DNA of 64,000 nucleotides from Podarcis tiliguerta (taxonomy: Eukaryota): assembly GCA_965153285.1 (NCBI GenBank), contig OZ229114.1; one strand, written 5' to 3'. The translations under genes were made by a program, and so were the position numbers. Under the pieces are notes generated by a model. That model was not told the DNA's origin, searched no databases, and saw only the letters and a program-made list of their open reading frames with translations. Of the stretch, positions 62,801-64,000 are shown piece after piece (the stretch's first letter is position 1; every line of letters starts with the position of its first letter).

Positions 62801-64000
62801 GCAGGCCTGTTCTGCTGAATTCATCAGCCAGGAGCTAGACTACTGATTAGTTAGCTGTTTGAATTGGTGCCCATTGTGAAAGTGTGGAAGACAGGGAGAC
62901 CAACATAGGCCAGAGCCAGTGACAGATGGAGCAAACTAATTCTACTTTGGTACCCATCCTCCTCCCTGCTAAGTTGTACAAGTGCAAACTTAGGCCAGGG
63001 AGAAGGAAGTGGACAGGCAGCCCCAGCCTCTGGACTGATTGTAAGTAAGAAGGACCAAAATATTTCCTCAAATCCTCCAGGTTAAGTTGTTGAGCCAAAC
63101 TTTTCTACATTCATAGACTAATACCAGCAAGTTTTCTTTGGCATATGAGGAAGATCACATCAATCCATTCTGACATGCAGATGCCCCCATAAGTGACTAA
63201 AACTGCTACAGTTTTGTCCCCATATGATTAATATTTACCAGGGGCTTTAGTATATGTAGTGCTTGAAAAGAAACACATGCTCACACAAATGGTGCTGGAG
63301 GAAAATAGGAGTCACAATATGGGTTCTCATAGCCCAGTCTTCTGCAGGCTTATTCCCCACTGAACTCCTCGTGCATTGGATTGCGCTGCACGTTATTTTA
63401 TAAAATTAGACTATATATCTTTTCAGTTGCATTAATTCTTTGTATGAAATATTTCATTGGATCAAAAGGTACACTTTCCGTTAAAGCCAATGTAAATATG
63501 GCATGCCAGCAAAATGGAACTTACGTTTGCTTGTTTTTTGTTTTATATCTGACTGTGTCTCTTCTACACCTTAGAATCAAGTTGGTCTTTGCCTATGCTG
63601 GTGCATCGCCCGTTGATAATTATTAAAGGGCTGTGTGTATTCTGTGATTCTGTGCAAGGGCAGAAAAGTAGAGACTGTAGTACTGGGTGCCAAATTCAAC
63701 TTCCTGAGACTTTCAGTGCTCTCCCTGGTTGCTGTTTTTTAATGTCTAGTCTTTATGATTGTGCAAATGGACTTGAAATTGCATGGGTAATTAAGATTGC
63801 CCAGTGGTAAGAGGATGGAACTTCAGTGCTTTTTTATATCCTTCTACATCTGTACCTCCTTACTCCTCCCAAGATTAAAACATATTTAAAGTTATTTAGC
63901 GTATTTAAATATATTTAAATCAGGCAAAGTGAGCAAAACTTGCAAATCTGGTGAATTTCCACAATATATATTGGCTGGGAAAATGAGCTTTTCTTTACAA

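Noticed and set aside
109-63810. Most ORFs of 60-173 aa in the ORF track (e.g. 54889-55410, 862-1308, 45312-45740)
   Set aside because: No recognisable domains; they fall in introns or repeats or are antisense to real exons. Those with ankyrin peptides (1776, 8038, 20683, 41228, 58752, 59652) are true exons read through into intron.
1-64000. CRISPR array, retron or other prokaryotic RT-linked system
   Set aside because: The DNA is vertebrate intron/exon sequence; the only intact RT is an L1 ORF2 and there is no regularly spaced repeat-spacer array.

Overview
Vertebrate genomic DNA from a squamate reptile; the Sauria SINE and associated repeats suggest a lacertid lizard (inference). The whole window lies inside the + strand ANK3 (ankyrin-G) gene. 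It runs from the second half of the ankyrin-repeat membrane-binding domain (99/198-nt phase-0 exons), through the linker, into the first ZU5 (spectrin-binding) domain. I traced 15 main-path exons with GT-AG ends and a continuous frame, one of which (63 nt) is a cassette. Additional alternative parts: an internal first exon (MAFQNS-, for short ankyrin-G isoforms lacking the repeats) with a CpG-enriched promoter, 12-nt and 33-nt microexons, a 15-nt alternative acceptor, and a 99-nt exon that duplicates the last 33 aa of the ZU5 exon. Introns hold many transposons. The most unusual are (i) a young antisense 5'-truncated L1 with an uninterrupted ~970-codon ORF2 remnant flanked by a perfect 104-bp target-site duplication ending in a (TTTC)n tract, and (ii) a 1.83-kb chimeric retroposed element with a 13-bp TSD, an RTE-X-like 3' end and about 1.35 kb of unexplained upstream sequence. 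There is also a speculative cryptic exon resembling the 63-nt cassette. No RNA genes, CRISPR arrays or prokaryotic systems were seen. Nearly all other ORFs in the track are spurious. All family assignments are by eye, without database searches.
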